Origin: Desulfobulbus propionicus DSM 2032
Lineage (GTDB): Bacteria; Desulfobacterota; Desulfobulbia; Desulfobulbales; Desulfobulbaceae
NCBI RefSeq assembly: GCF_000186885.1
Contig: NC_014972.1
Coordinates: 540,001-572,000 of the forward strand
Direction: 5' to 3'
Length of the DNA: 32,000 nucleotides
This document shows, one piece after another, positions 20,234 to 29,145 of the stretch (positions are counted from its first letter, which is position 1; every line of letters starts with the position of its first letter). A program made the position numbers and the translations under genes. The notes beneath the pieces are model-generated. The model made no database searches. It was not told the origin of the DNA and worked only from the letters and a program-made list of their open reading frames with translations.

Positions 20234-21769
20234 CATTGAAAAATCCGCATCTGCGCGAAACGAGGACAGGGGTATCCTGTATCACTCTGACTTTTTATTG
20301 TTTTCTTAATTTGCCGTCATCAGCCCCGAGTACACGGCACTGAAGGCGGCAAAGGCCGGGCAATGCCGGCTGAAGCGCAGCTTCAATCGCCTGCTGGTGG
20401 TGAGCAGCCGTCCGGCCAGATACATCAGCTCTTGGATCACAGTTCTCAGCCGTCTGCGTTTGGCCGAATGCCTCACCGGTCCAAAGGGGGCGATCTGGCC
20501 CGTCTGCCCGATAAAGCGGAGGATATTGTAGGCAAAGGCGCCCAAAGCCATCACCAGGGCGTTGGTGGCAAACTTGCCGTTCGGCAGCCGTTCGAGATCC
20601 AAGTCGGTCTTGAACTCGCTATGGAACTGCTCCGAGGTGGCATGCTGCCGATAGAGTTCGATCACATCTTCCGCAGCTGTCGTAAGGTCGGTCCACCAGC
20701 CCTCAAGGGTGATCTCCGGAGCGAGGAGAAACTGACCTTTTTTATCGATGGTCCGCTCAGTCACCCTGACGATTCGTTTGAAGGTATAGGTTATTTCTTC
20801 GACCTTTTTGCGCTCTTCGACGATTAGGGCGCCGACCCGCTTCCCTTCTCTGGGAGTCTTGACCGGTCCCTCGGCAAACACCCTGTCGCGCCAGGCGATG
20901 ACATCGCTTTCCCGGGGATTCCATTTGACGATGTAGTGGGTCTGCTCCGCGTCTTCCAGGGCGACCAAGGTCTCGAGGGCATCGTTGCCCGCGTCCGCGC
21001 GAACCCTGAGCGGCTGCTTGGTCAGATCCTTGGCGCCGGAAATCACCCGCTTGATGAAGTTGACAAACCCCTTCTGGCTATGCTGGCTGCCCGGCCGGAG
21101 TTCCCCCTCCAGGCACCAGCCCTCCATGCCGAGATAGGCAGCCATGGGAGCATAGCCATCGTAGTTCTTGTAGGTGCGGCTGACACCTTCCTTCTTGGTG
21201 TTGGAGTTATCCTGGGAAAAGACGTCCACATCCAGGGGGACCAGACCGCTCCGGTAGCCGGTGATCGGGGCTTTGAGCCGCTTGAGCATGGTTCGCGAAC
21301 TTCGATTGACCACCGGGATCAGCTCAGTTCCGGCCTCGTCCAGTCGTTGCCGCAGCCGCTCGACCGAGGGCACCCGGCCGATACCCAGGGCCTGTTTGAA
21401 ATAGTCGTCCTCTCGCATGGCGGCAATGGCCTGATAATCGCTCTTGCCCAGACACAACAGGCCCAGATAGCTGCGCAGGATATCGATCTCGGTAATGTGA
21501 TCGCTCCCCTTGGCCGCCCTGCCGACATACCGGCCAAGGTCACTGTACCGGTTGATGCAGGCGCCAGCCAAGGCCAGCCCGGAGTGGCTGGTGTAGAATT
21601 CTTCGCTGCTTTGCTCCAGGAGCATTCGTTTCATGTTTTCGCCTGCTGAGTGAGTTTTTCGAACAAGAGCATACTGCAATATTTTTATAAAAATTTCAAT
21701 AATTTGATTTTAGAATCAGCTCTGTTTTATTGCTGATTTTTCACTGATTAAGGACTTATTGTTCCACCG
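20234..21769 (-). mobile_element. Approximate extent of the IS1380-type element (boundaries tentative)
   Basis: Possible inverted repeat TCATTGAAAAATCCGCA on the left against the complement of TGCTGATTTTTCACTGA on the right; no target duplication could be assigned. Confidence 0.4.
20306..21679 (-). CDS. IS1380-family transposase
   Basis: 457 aa; LGKSDYQAIAAMREDDYFKQALGIGRVPSVERLRQRLDE, PLDVDVFSQDNSNTKKEGVSRTYKNYDGYAPMAAYLG, EQFHSEFKTDLDLERLPNGKFATNALVMALGAFAYNILR. Confidence 0.88.
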   Translation of the reverse strand: MQYALVRKTHSAGENMKRMLLEQSSEEFYTSHSGLALAGACINRYSDLGRYVGRAAKGSDHITEIDILRSYLGLLCLGKSDYQAIAAMREDDYFKQALGIGRVPSVERLRQRLDEAGTELIPVVNRSSRTMLKRLKAPITGYRSGLVPLDVDVFSQDNSNTKKEGVSRTYKNYDGYAPMAAYLGMEGWCLEGELRPGSQHSQKGFVNFIKRVISGAKDLTKQPLRVRADAGNDALETLVALEDAEQTHYIVKWNPRESDVIAWRDRVFAEGPVKTPREGKRVGALIVEERKKVEEITYTFKRIVRVTERTIDKKGQFLLAPEITLEGWWTDLTTAAEDVIELYRQHATSEQFHSEFKTDLDLERLPNGKFATNALVMALGAFAYNILRFIGQTGQIAPFGPVRHSAKRRRLRTVIQELMYLAGRLLTTSRRLKLRFSRHCPAFAAFSAVYSGLMTAN

Positions 21770-21828
21770 CTTTTTCCTGGGAGGAATTTCGCCACAGAAA
21801 AGGAGAACTGAAATTGAAATCTTGATCG

Positions 21829-24800
21829 TTAACTCAAATTTCGTGGCAGGCACAAACTGGCCAACCTCGACGCGCTTTCCTTCCAAGTAAACCATGGCAT
21901 ACTGCATGATTTGGGATGATCGCTCGTTTTGTAAAGTTTGAGCCAATTGAGGATAGCTTGGGAGAGATTTTCTTGGGGGGTGTCATTGAAATAATAGGCA
22001 TGCTCACCAGCAACTTCTCGGAATACTGGGATATCTCTTGCAATAATTGGCAATTTACGCTTAGCGGCTTCGATCAGCGGTAGACCAAAACCTTCGCCAA
22101 AAGAAGCCGCGATGAGGCAGGCGCTGACCGCATATAATTTCTCCAAGTATTCATCGCTGATACCTTCCAGCCAGAAAAGGCGCTTGCCATTTTCCGGGTG
22201 AGTACGAAGTTGTTCAACCAAAGACTCCACCATCCAGCCCTGTTTACCGACAATGGCAAGATTGAACTGGTGGCCATTCATCCAGAGTTGCTCAAAGGCC
22301 GTAAGCACCTGTGCATACCCTTTTCTGGGTTCGATGGTACCGACCATCAGAAAGGTGTGGTACTCTTGCATGTGCCGCAGTACCTGTGCAGCGTTGTCCG
22401 GCACCCCTTGGGTGGGTACGGAACCGCTGATATCCGCGCCAAGGTGAAACCAGTCAACGTCAAAGGGCAATTGTCGTGCCTTAGCATTCTGTTCAAGCCA
22501 CGTCTGTAAATCGTTGGCAACAGACTCGGAAATACATATTGCCCCATCACTTTGTGCAACGACTTTCAGCCACGTTTGCAACAACTGAGAACCACCATTA
22601 ATAAAACAATGGGGCAACAACAGAAGCAGCAGATCGTAGACGATAAATTTGACAGTGACGCCAGCACGTCGCATGGTCTGGTAGAAGTTCTGCTGAGCGG
22701 GAACGACCAAAGGTTGGAAATCTAAACCGAGGAAAACATCACCCGCGTGATAGCAGATGGGATCGTCATCCAATAAATCGCTTGGGCAGTCTAAGAAATC
22801 CAAGGTGAATTGACGGGCATATCGATAGCCGGGGTTGTCTGGAGTGGCATAGACCGGTTCGATGCGATATCCCCGTGGGGGGGTTCGCAACCACTCCTGC
22901 AGGATAGAGCGCACGACACGCTGAATGCCGCTACGAGCGTCTCGCTGAACAAGTTCGGAAATGTCGACAAACAGTTGCGCTTGCGCCGAACGGGGGACAA
23001 TAGAACGGTCGATCGCCTCCGCTGCCCTCCGGAGGTGCTCGTCGCTAAGGTGAGGGCCATCAAGGGTAGCGATTGCGCGTACCAACGCTGTTAAACCAGC
23101 AGATGATAAATTGTGGAAATTTTCAATTGCTGCGTAATAACTGGTAGCACAGGCTCGCGGCGCATGACAGGTTTGAATCATTTCTTGTGCAGAAATTCCA
23201 AGGGTGTAGCGCTGATCGGAGTTCTCACGGAGCGTGACAAGCGCTTGGGCTAATTGTTCGTCAGTGAATTCGTCAGGCAGTTTCCAGACTGCATTTGCTG
23301 GCAAGTCAGCCATGCTGCCGTTGGCATTAACAATGGTGGCCAAGCCGTAATTCATGCAATCAAGAACTGCTGCGGAGGTTTCCCCACGGGAAAGCGTGCG
23401 TAACTGCACTCCGACATCAGCGGCATGAAGGTACTGGCGAAACAAAGATGCATCTGTCCACCCCGTGATGCGGATACGTTCCTTGCTATCATCGCTTCTA
23501 GCGATCTTATCACGTAGGGTTGTGCCGTACTCACCAGCATCATTTTCCCCGACAAAGATCAAGATGCATTGATCATCTTCCGCCAAGGGCGAACTGAGCC
23601 AAGCGTCCAGCACTCTATGATTGAGTTTGCTGGGACCCATCATTCCAAAACTACATACAATATATTGATCCTGCCCCAGGCCTAAAACTCGGCGGGCAGT
23701 ATTGCGCTTCGCAACAGTGGTTTTTACAGCTATGCGCAATAGCGGTATGTGGGCCCAATCACTACCAGTGTTTTCGCCGTACCACTGCTGCGCCAAACGA
23801 CGTGAATTCTCGGAATGAATAATAACACCTTGAGCATCTTGCAGTACGGCGTGATTGCAAGGATATCTCCACACTACCTTGGCAAGGTCAGGCTCGATAA
23901 ACCTGTGCTGGAGGGCCGCATAGCCATGACTCGAATAGAGAGATTGACTCCACATTCCTGGTGAAAGACCGTGATAATCCATGTGCGCGATGATTCCGGA
24001 GAGATAGAAATCATGCAGAACTACAACCCCAGGAATCTCCCTAAGCAGGGCAAACATGTGCTGATGAAAGCTTGAGTTACCAAAGTGGTAAAGAACCCTG
24101 TCGAATTGGGTTGCGTTGGCGAAGAACCATTGGATACTGCGTTGAGGACAATTTGCCTTGATCCATGGGGGTGAAACTACCTCTTGCGCGAGGATGACAT
24201 CAATGTCGTAAAATCGAGCAAGTTCGGGCAGCAACTCTGCGCTGTAATCGGAAATACCGCTACGTTCCGGAGGCAAGGGCGAAACATAAGCAAGGCGTGG
24301 GCGATGACGTGGGAGAGCTCGTACAGTACGGTCCGTTGCATGGCTGGCAACACAACGTTCCAGAGCTTCAATAGCCAATTTTGCACTTTTGTCCCAGGAA
24401 AACCGTTTTGCTTGTTTAATACCGTGCTGTTCCAGTGAGTGTCTGAATCCTTTGTCAACTAAAACTTGGTGGAGTTTGTTGGCAATCGCCTCGTCGTCAA
24501 AGGGGTCAAACAATGCATCCTTCCGGCTAATAACCTCAGGCAGACTGGAGCGATTGGAAGCGATGACGGCCCGGCCGCAAGACATGGCTTCAAGTGCTGG
24601 GAGCCCAAAGCCCTCGTGCCACGAGGGAAAGACGAACGCTTTGCATAAATTATAAAGTGCAAGCAAGTCTTCCTCCGGCACGTACCCCGTGAAGACAACT
24701 TCTTCGGCAGTTAGACCTTGTTGAGATGTTAAAAGGTGTAAGCGTTTGCGTTCCGCCGGCTGGATTGAACACACTACGGCAAGTTGATGTGACTTGCGGA

Positions 24801-25581
24801 TTGGCGCGGCAAGTCTTGCATAGGCTCGAATTAGGCCGTCAATGTTTTTTCGGTGATCGATGCCTCCTGTATACAACACATAAGGTTTATGGATGCCGTA
24901 CCGTTGCCGTAAGCCTGCTTCTTTTTTTGGTTTAATGCACATTGGGAGAAACTGGGAGTCCGCAGCAGTGGATATGTTGACCACTTGCTCGCCTGGTGTG
25001 CCCAGATGCTCGATGCTTTCTTGTCGGCTTGATTCTGAAATAGCCAATTGCAAATCAGTTCGGCGCAAGTGCATAAGCTTGTTTTCATACCAACGCTCAA
25101 CGACGGCATTTTCCAGGTAGGGTTTTCGATAAATAAATGGAATTAAATCGTACAGTATTGTGGCGATAGGGATGGATTGATTGAAACGTCTCACACTAGT
25201 AATAGCATCATCCACCAATCCCTCAAACAAACTTGAGATGAGGATAATCGAAGGATTTAGACTGAAAAGAAACGCCTCGTAAATCAACTCAGAAATCCTT
25301 CGAAATCGGTCGTTTGCCGCGTTTATGTGGTTGACGGTCCCACAGGGATACCAAACACGGATGTTTTCCTGCGGCAGCAGGCCGTAAAATGCTTCTCGAA
25401 TTGAAGTGATACTATCTTCGAATCGCCCGTTTAACGCCAGAATAACTTCATTTTCTTTACAGTTAAGGGTAATCTCTTTGGCCAATGCCAGCGTGTAGCG
25501 ACCGATACCGCGAAAACGATTTTCTGCTTGCGCACCCTGCATATCGATTACAATACGCATCAGACTGGCTCCTTGTGCCAT
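21829..25581 (-). CDS. Giant multidomain glycosyltransferase (three GT4-like modules in one polypeptide)
   Basis: 1250 aa: module 1 YVLYTGGIDHRKNIDGLIRAYARL...SWHEGFGLPALEAMSCG; module 2 RPRLAYVSPLPPERSGISDYSAELLPEL...LSRGETSAAVLDCMNYGLATIVNANGS; module 3 FLMVGTIEPRKGYAQVLTAFEQL...ASFGEGFGLPLIEAAKR. Confidence 0.92.
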   Translation of the reverse strand: MAQGASLMRIVIDMQGAQAENRFRGIGRYTLALAKEITLNCKENEVILALNGRFEDSITSIREAFYGLLPQENIRVWYPCGTVNHINAANDRFRRISELIYEAFLFSLNPSIILISSLFEGLVDDAITSVRRFNQSIPIATILYDLIPFIYRKPYLENAVVERWYENKLMHLRRTDLQLAISESSRQESIEHLGTPGEQVVNISTAADSQFLPMCIKPKKEAGLRQRYGIHKPYVLYTGGIDHRKNIDGLIRAYARLAAPIRKSHQLAVVCSIQPAERKRLHLLTSQQGLTAEEVVFTGYVPEEDLLALYNLCKAFVFPSWHEGFGLPALEAMSCGRAVIASNRSSLPEVISRKDALFDPFDDEAIANKLHQVLVDKGFRHSLEQHGIKQAKRFSWDKSAKLAIEALERCVASHATDRTVRALPRHRPRLAYVSPLPPERSGISDYSAELLPELARFYDIDVILAQEVVSPPWIKANCPQRSIQWFFANATQFDRVLYHFGNSSFHQHMFALLREIPGVVVLHDFYLSGIIAHMDYHGLSPGMWSQSLYSSHGYAALQHRFIEPDLAKVVWRYPCNHAVLQDAQGVIIHSENSRRLAQQWYGENTGSDWAHIPLLRIAVKTTVAKRNTARRVLGLGQDQYIVCSFGMMGPSKLNHRVLDAWLSSPLAEDDQCILIFVGENDAGEYGTTLRDKIARSDDSKERIRITGWTDASLFRQYLHAADVGVQLRTLSRGETSAAVLDCMNYGLATIVNANGSMADLPANAVWKLPDEFTDEQLAQALVTLRENSDQRYTLGISAQEMIQTCHAPRACATSYYAAIENFHNLSSAGLTALVRAIATLDGPHLSDEHLRRAAEAIDRSIVPRSAQAQLFVDISELVQRDARSGIQRVVRSILQEWLRTPPRGYRIEPVYATPDNPGYRYARQFTLDFLDCPSDLLDDDPICYHAGDVFLGLDFQPLVVPAQQNFYQTMRRAGVTVKFIVYDLLLLLLPHCFINGGSQLLQTWLKVVAQSDGAICISESVANDLQTWLEQNAKARQLPFDVDWFHLGADISGSVPTQGVPDNAAQVLRHMQEYHTFLMVGTIEPRKGYAQVLTAFEQLWMNGHQFNLAIVGKQGWMVESLVEQLRTHPENGKRLFWLEGISDEYLEKLYAVSACLIAASFGEGFGLPLIEAAKRKLPIIARDIPVFREVAGEHAYYFNDTPQENLSQAILNWLKLYKTSDHPKSCSMPWFTWKESASRLASLCLPRNLS

Positions 25582-27320
25582 CGTTCGATGGCCTTTTTTA
25601 AATCATTATAAATTTGACAGGCGCGGGGGGAAAGTTGCTTTTGGTCCCCATCTTTTTGCCTATTTAACGGGGAAGCTTGACAATTGTCGGAAAGTGGCTT
25701 CTGATCTACAAGGTTTTGTCGATGCTGTAAGCGAACTGGATGGTTGCCAAGTAACCTCAGATGCGCCTTTAATTGAGGGAAGGGTTCCAGGCAACGCAGG
25801 ACCAGTGTTTTGAGGCGTGGGCGGCGGGCAACATACAACTTGAGGTGCATTGCGGCCTGTCGTGCGGTCCTTCGGGGTCTGCTTCCGGGGGCGAGGGTGA
25901 TCCAAGCACGACTGCCACGTCCAACCCAGCGTATTGCCGTACTCATCCACCTGAGCGGTGCGGTTGTTCGCCAGGACCGACTATTGAGCACGGCCTGATG
26001 TATGGCAATGGCCTGCTGCACCCTCTGTTCGGCGTTCTGCACCGCAGTTTCGGCCTGCTGCACCCTCTGTTCGGCGCTCTGCGCCGCGGTTTCGGCACGC
26101 TGCACCCTCTGTTCGGCGTTCTGCACCGCAATTTCGGCCTGCTGCACCCTCTGTTCGGCGTTCTGCACCGCAGTTTCGGCACGCTGTGCCCTCTGTTCGG
26201 CGCTCTGCGCCGCGGTTTCGGCACGCTGCACCCTCTGTTCGGCGTTCTGCACCGCAGTTTCGGCACGCTGTGCCCTCTGTTCGGCGCTCTGCGCCGCGGT
26301 TTCGGCCTGCTGCACCCTCTGTTCGGCGTTCTGCACCGCAGTTTCGGCACGCTGTGCCCTCTGTTCGGCGCTCTGCGCCGCGGTTTCGGCACGCTGCACC
26401 CTCTGTTCGGCGTTCTGCACCGCAGTTTCGGCACGCTGTGCCCTCTGTTCGGCGTTCTGCGCCGCAGTTTCGGCCTGCTGCACCCTCTGTTCGGCGTTCT
26501 GCACCGCGGTTTCGGCACGCTGTGCCCTTTGTTCGGCCGTTTGAGCTGTGGTTTCGGCCATGCCAATGCGGGCTGTTAGATATTGCTGATATCGACCAGC
26601 AATGTTTTTCAGGTCAATCCCATAGTCCTTTGCAAAGGGGGCAGCGGTTGTCTGCATTATGAACGGATCCGCCACTCTTTGGGCAATCACGGCATAATCA
26701 GGGCTTACACCTTCCAAAACGTCCATGACAGTCAATGTTTCACAATATGCCAGTTTAGGGGATTCCTGCAATCGGACAATTTTTACTCGGTTGAAACCAT
26801 AATGCACTGGTAGAAAGCTTAAGAGTTCAGGGGGGATGGGGCGCCTATGGGTTGGGTCTAAATAAAAATTTTTTGTTGCGACGGCCAAATTCTCCGGATT
26901 GGGCGTTTCAAGGATCAACAAACCTCCTGGCAGCAGCACCCGGAGGGCCTCCTGTATCAGTTTCTGCAATTTTGCAAACGGTATATGCTCAACAACATGA
27001 AATGCAGTAACTGCGGCCTGGCTAGCTTCAGGCAATTCCTCTAAGGCCTCGACAGCATCTTTGATGGCAACCCGCAGATTTCGCTCTTGGCAGGCGGCAA
27101 GCATCCCCTCATCCAAGTCAACCCCGTAGGCATGAAAACCGGATTCGTTGAGCAATTCTAGCCATTCACCCCGACCGCAACCTAGATCGATAGCTTCGGC
27201 CGCCTCATATATCCTTGACAAGGGGGTTACAAAAGGTAGGTACACCTGCAAGCGAGATTTGATTAATTCTCGGGGACCACGATGCTTTTCTTCAAAGGCT
27301 CGGTAAAAATTATGTTCCAT
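25560..27320 (-). CDS. SAM-dependent methyltransferase with long repetitive coiled-coil and C-terminal tail
   Basis: 586 aa; AIDLGCGRGEWLELLNESGFHAYGVDLDEGMLAACQERNL, FHVVEHIPFAKLQKLIQEALRVLLPGGLLILETPNPENL; then 13 near-identical 14-aa repeats; C-terminus basic. Confidence 0.92.
   Translation of the reverse strand: MEHNFYRAFEEKHRGPRELIKSRLQVYLPFVTPLSRIYEAAEAIDLGCGRGEWLELLNESGFHAYGVDLDEGMLAACQERNLRVAIKDAVEALEELPEASQAAVTAFHVVEHIPFAKLQKLIQEALRVLLPGGLLILETPNPENLAVATKNFYLDPTHRRPIPPELLSFLPVHYGFNRVKIVRLQESPKLAYCETLTVMDVLEGVSPDYAVIAQRVADPFIMQTTAAPFAKDYGIDLKNIAGRYQQYLTARIGMAETTAQTAEQRAQRAETAVQNAEQRVQQAETAAQNAEQRAQRAETAVQNAEQRVQRAETAAQSAEQRAQRAETAVQNAEQRVQQAETAAQSAEQRAQRAETAVQNAEQRVQRAETAAQSAEQRAQRAETAVQNAEQRVQQAEIAVQNAEQRVQRAETAAQSAEQRVQQAETAVQNAEQRVQQAIAIHQAVLNSRSWRTTAPLRWMSTAIRWVGRGSRAWITLAPGSRPRRTARQAAMHLKLYVARRPRLKTLVLRCLEPFPQLKAHLRLLGNHPVRLQHRQNLVDQKPLSDNCQASPLNRQKDGDQKQLSPRACQIYNDLKKAIERWHKEPV
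26013..26558 (-). repeat. 13 head-to-tail 42-bp (14-aa) in-frame coding repeats, consensus AETAVQNAEQRVQR / AETAAQSAEQRAQR
   Basis: Counted from translation: 13 x 14 aa = 182 aa = 546 bp, no gaps; partly alternating A/B units giving an 84-bp higher-order period. Confidence 0.95.
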
Positions 27321-29107
27321 TAAAGCTTCTTCACCTCGATTTCCTGTACAAAACTATTGGCCTTATCATGCCATCGGACCATTTCCTGCACCGGTAAAAC
27401 ACGGAGAAAAAACTTCCCAGGACGCTCGGGTGCCTTTACCCGAACCGTACATCTCGTTTCTTGATCTGGACGAACAGGAACTTGCAGGGGGGTACGTAAC
27501 CCATCAAAAACGACTATGGTATCAGCTTCGTCTGCCCAATGATAACTTAAATGTATTGGATGCTTACCATAGCTGGTCAGCCAGTTCTCTCCAAAGTAGG
27601 TGACGCGCACTGGGACAAAAAACTCTTCTAATGGTTTGACCTGTTTTGGTGTCTTTACAACCTGCAAGGAAAGACTCAATGCATCCTCTTCTGAAAGAGG
27701 TGGCATGGAGAATAACATGGCTATTTTTTTTGTGTTTATAGGTTGATGTGAAGCGACCGCGAAGAGGCTAGTGGCGCGGCGAAAATCTGCTATGCGAAAA
27801 TGCCGTATTAAGCTGCCTCCCATGCTCTGGAAATCTGCAAACCAAAGAACAACATAGGGGAAATGACGGGATAATTGGCGCTTTAGCACGCGCGGGTTCT
27901 GCTCGTTTATATGCATTAACCGTTCATACCAGGTACGACGAATACGTGGCAACCAGCACCCTATCTTTTTAGCAGCCTTTTGCTCTTCGGGATGGCCGTA
28001 ACGATACCACCAGAGATTAGGCGCCGAGTGAACGACTAAAGATCCAAGGTTCTTCTTTAGTTTTTTACTGATAATTTTGTACAGAAGATCGTCTTCTATG
28101 GGGGACAGATGTTCTACGATGTCGGATGCGACCGCGAGATCGTAGTTCTCATCATATACATTCAAATCCAACACACTGCCGCAAACAATATTAACATTTG
28201 TGCGGCCTTCGGTGTCTAGAGTTTTTTTGATCAGTTGAACAGCATCAGTGGAATAATCGATAGATGTTACTTTTGCACCCTGCTGCGCAAAAAAACGTGT
28301 CAGTTCTCCCCGGCCAGCACCGAGATCGACGACACGGTGAGGAATGCAGAGTGTCATGCCAACATGAGCGACAGCCTGTAAGCGAGGGTCTATTCTTTCT
28401 CCTTTACTGCAACGCCACTCTTTATACCCTCCACAGTCATTAAGGTAATAGTCTGTCGTGTAGGCGGACGCGAGAGATGGGCTACCTGCAGGAGCAAATG
28501 AGACTAGGTTTGTATCTTTTGTTCGGATTAGTAATTCACCGGCATAGCTGGGAATCGCGATGGTCGATTCGACAGCCGCTTTGTTTAGCCAAAGCCATTC
28601 ATTGACAGCCTGGAAATTGTCGCGTGTCCAGTGGTACCCATCCACGAGAATGTAACGCGCTTGCATTGAGGCTAAATCAAGATCATGGAATGTCCCATCT
28701 CCGTCTTGTTGGCCATCGACATGTATCAAATCAAAAGTGTCTCCGGGCAATCTTTGCAGATTTTGACTGTTCATCTTGATGATACTGACGTTGAACTGTG
28801 CGGTGAGAGATTGTTCTGCCCAATCTACAGCACCTGGTTGGCCACCAAAGGCAGGTAAATCCGCGTCAATACCTATCAATTTAGCTTTCGGACTTCCCTC
28901 TAAAAAAGCACGCGCGGAGTATCCATAACGAACGCCAATCTCTAGAATATTTGATGGTGCTAGCGCCCTAGCAATAGCCCATTTCATTCGATAATAGGCA
29001 ACCCATTCATCGAAAAAATCAATCAAGGGATCTTCTGCGCAGGCATGAACGCGAAAATCATAGGTGCAGGTCTGATAAGCTTTGAGTATTTCGTTTAGCA
29101 TGGTCAA
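27320..29107 (-). CDS. Fusion protein: two methyltransferase-like domains plus C-terminal beta-sandwich-like domain
   Basis: 595 aa; NILEIGVRYGYSARAFLEGSPKAKLIGID...FDLIHVDGQQDGDGTFHDLDLA; RVVDLGAGRGELTRFFAQQGAKVTSIDYS...DLAVASDIVEHL; VRVTYFGENWLTSYGKHPIHLSYHWADEADTIVVFDGLRTPL...RVKAPERPGKFFLRVLPVQE. Confidence 0.82.
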   Translation of the reverse strand: MTMLNEILKAYQTCTYDFRVHACAEDPLIDFFDEWVAYYRMKWAIARALAPSNILEIGVRYGYSARAFLEGSPKAKLIGIDADLPAFGGQPGAVDWAEQSLTAQFNVSIIKMNSQNLQRLPGDTFDLIHVDGQQDGDGTFHDLDLASMQARYILVDGYHWTRDNFQAVNEWLWLNKAAVESTIAIPSYAGELLIRTKDTNLVSFAPAGSPSLASAYTTDYYLNDCGGYKEWRCSKGERIDPRLQAVAHVGMTLCIPHRVVDLGAGRGELTRFFAQQGAKVTSIDYSTDAVQLIKKTLDTEGRTNVNIVCGSVLDLNVYDENYDLAVASDIVEHLSPIEDDLLYKIISKKLKKNLGSLVVHSAPNLWWYRYGHPEEQKAAKKIGCWLPRIRRTWYERLMHINEQNPRVLKRQLSRHFPYVVLWFADFQSMGGSLIRHFRIADFRRATSLFAVASHQPINTKKIAMLFSMPPLSEEDALSLSLQVVKTPKQVKPLEEFFVPVRVTYFGENWLTSYGKHPIHLSYHWADEADTIVVFDGLRTPLQVPVRPDQETRCTVRVKAPERPGKFFLRVLPVQEMVRWHDKANSFVQEIEVKKL

Positions 29108-29145
29108 TAACTCATTGAAAGTCAGATAGAAAAGCAGGTCGGCTG

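Noticed and set aside
26013-26558. Possible CRISPR-like array
   Set aside because: Units are contiguous with no unique spacers and encode an in-frame two-heptad protein repeat.
25943-26662. Several long ORFs on both strands across the repeat (207 aa -, 180 aa +, 158 aa +, 268 aa + from 25773)
   Set aside because: All are frame shadows of the 42-bp tandem repeat, which has no stops in any frame. Only the 586-aa frame extends into recognisable methyltransferase sequence.
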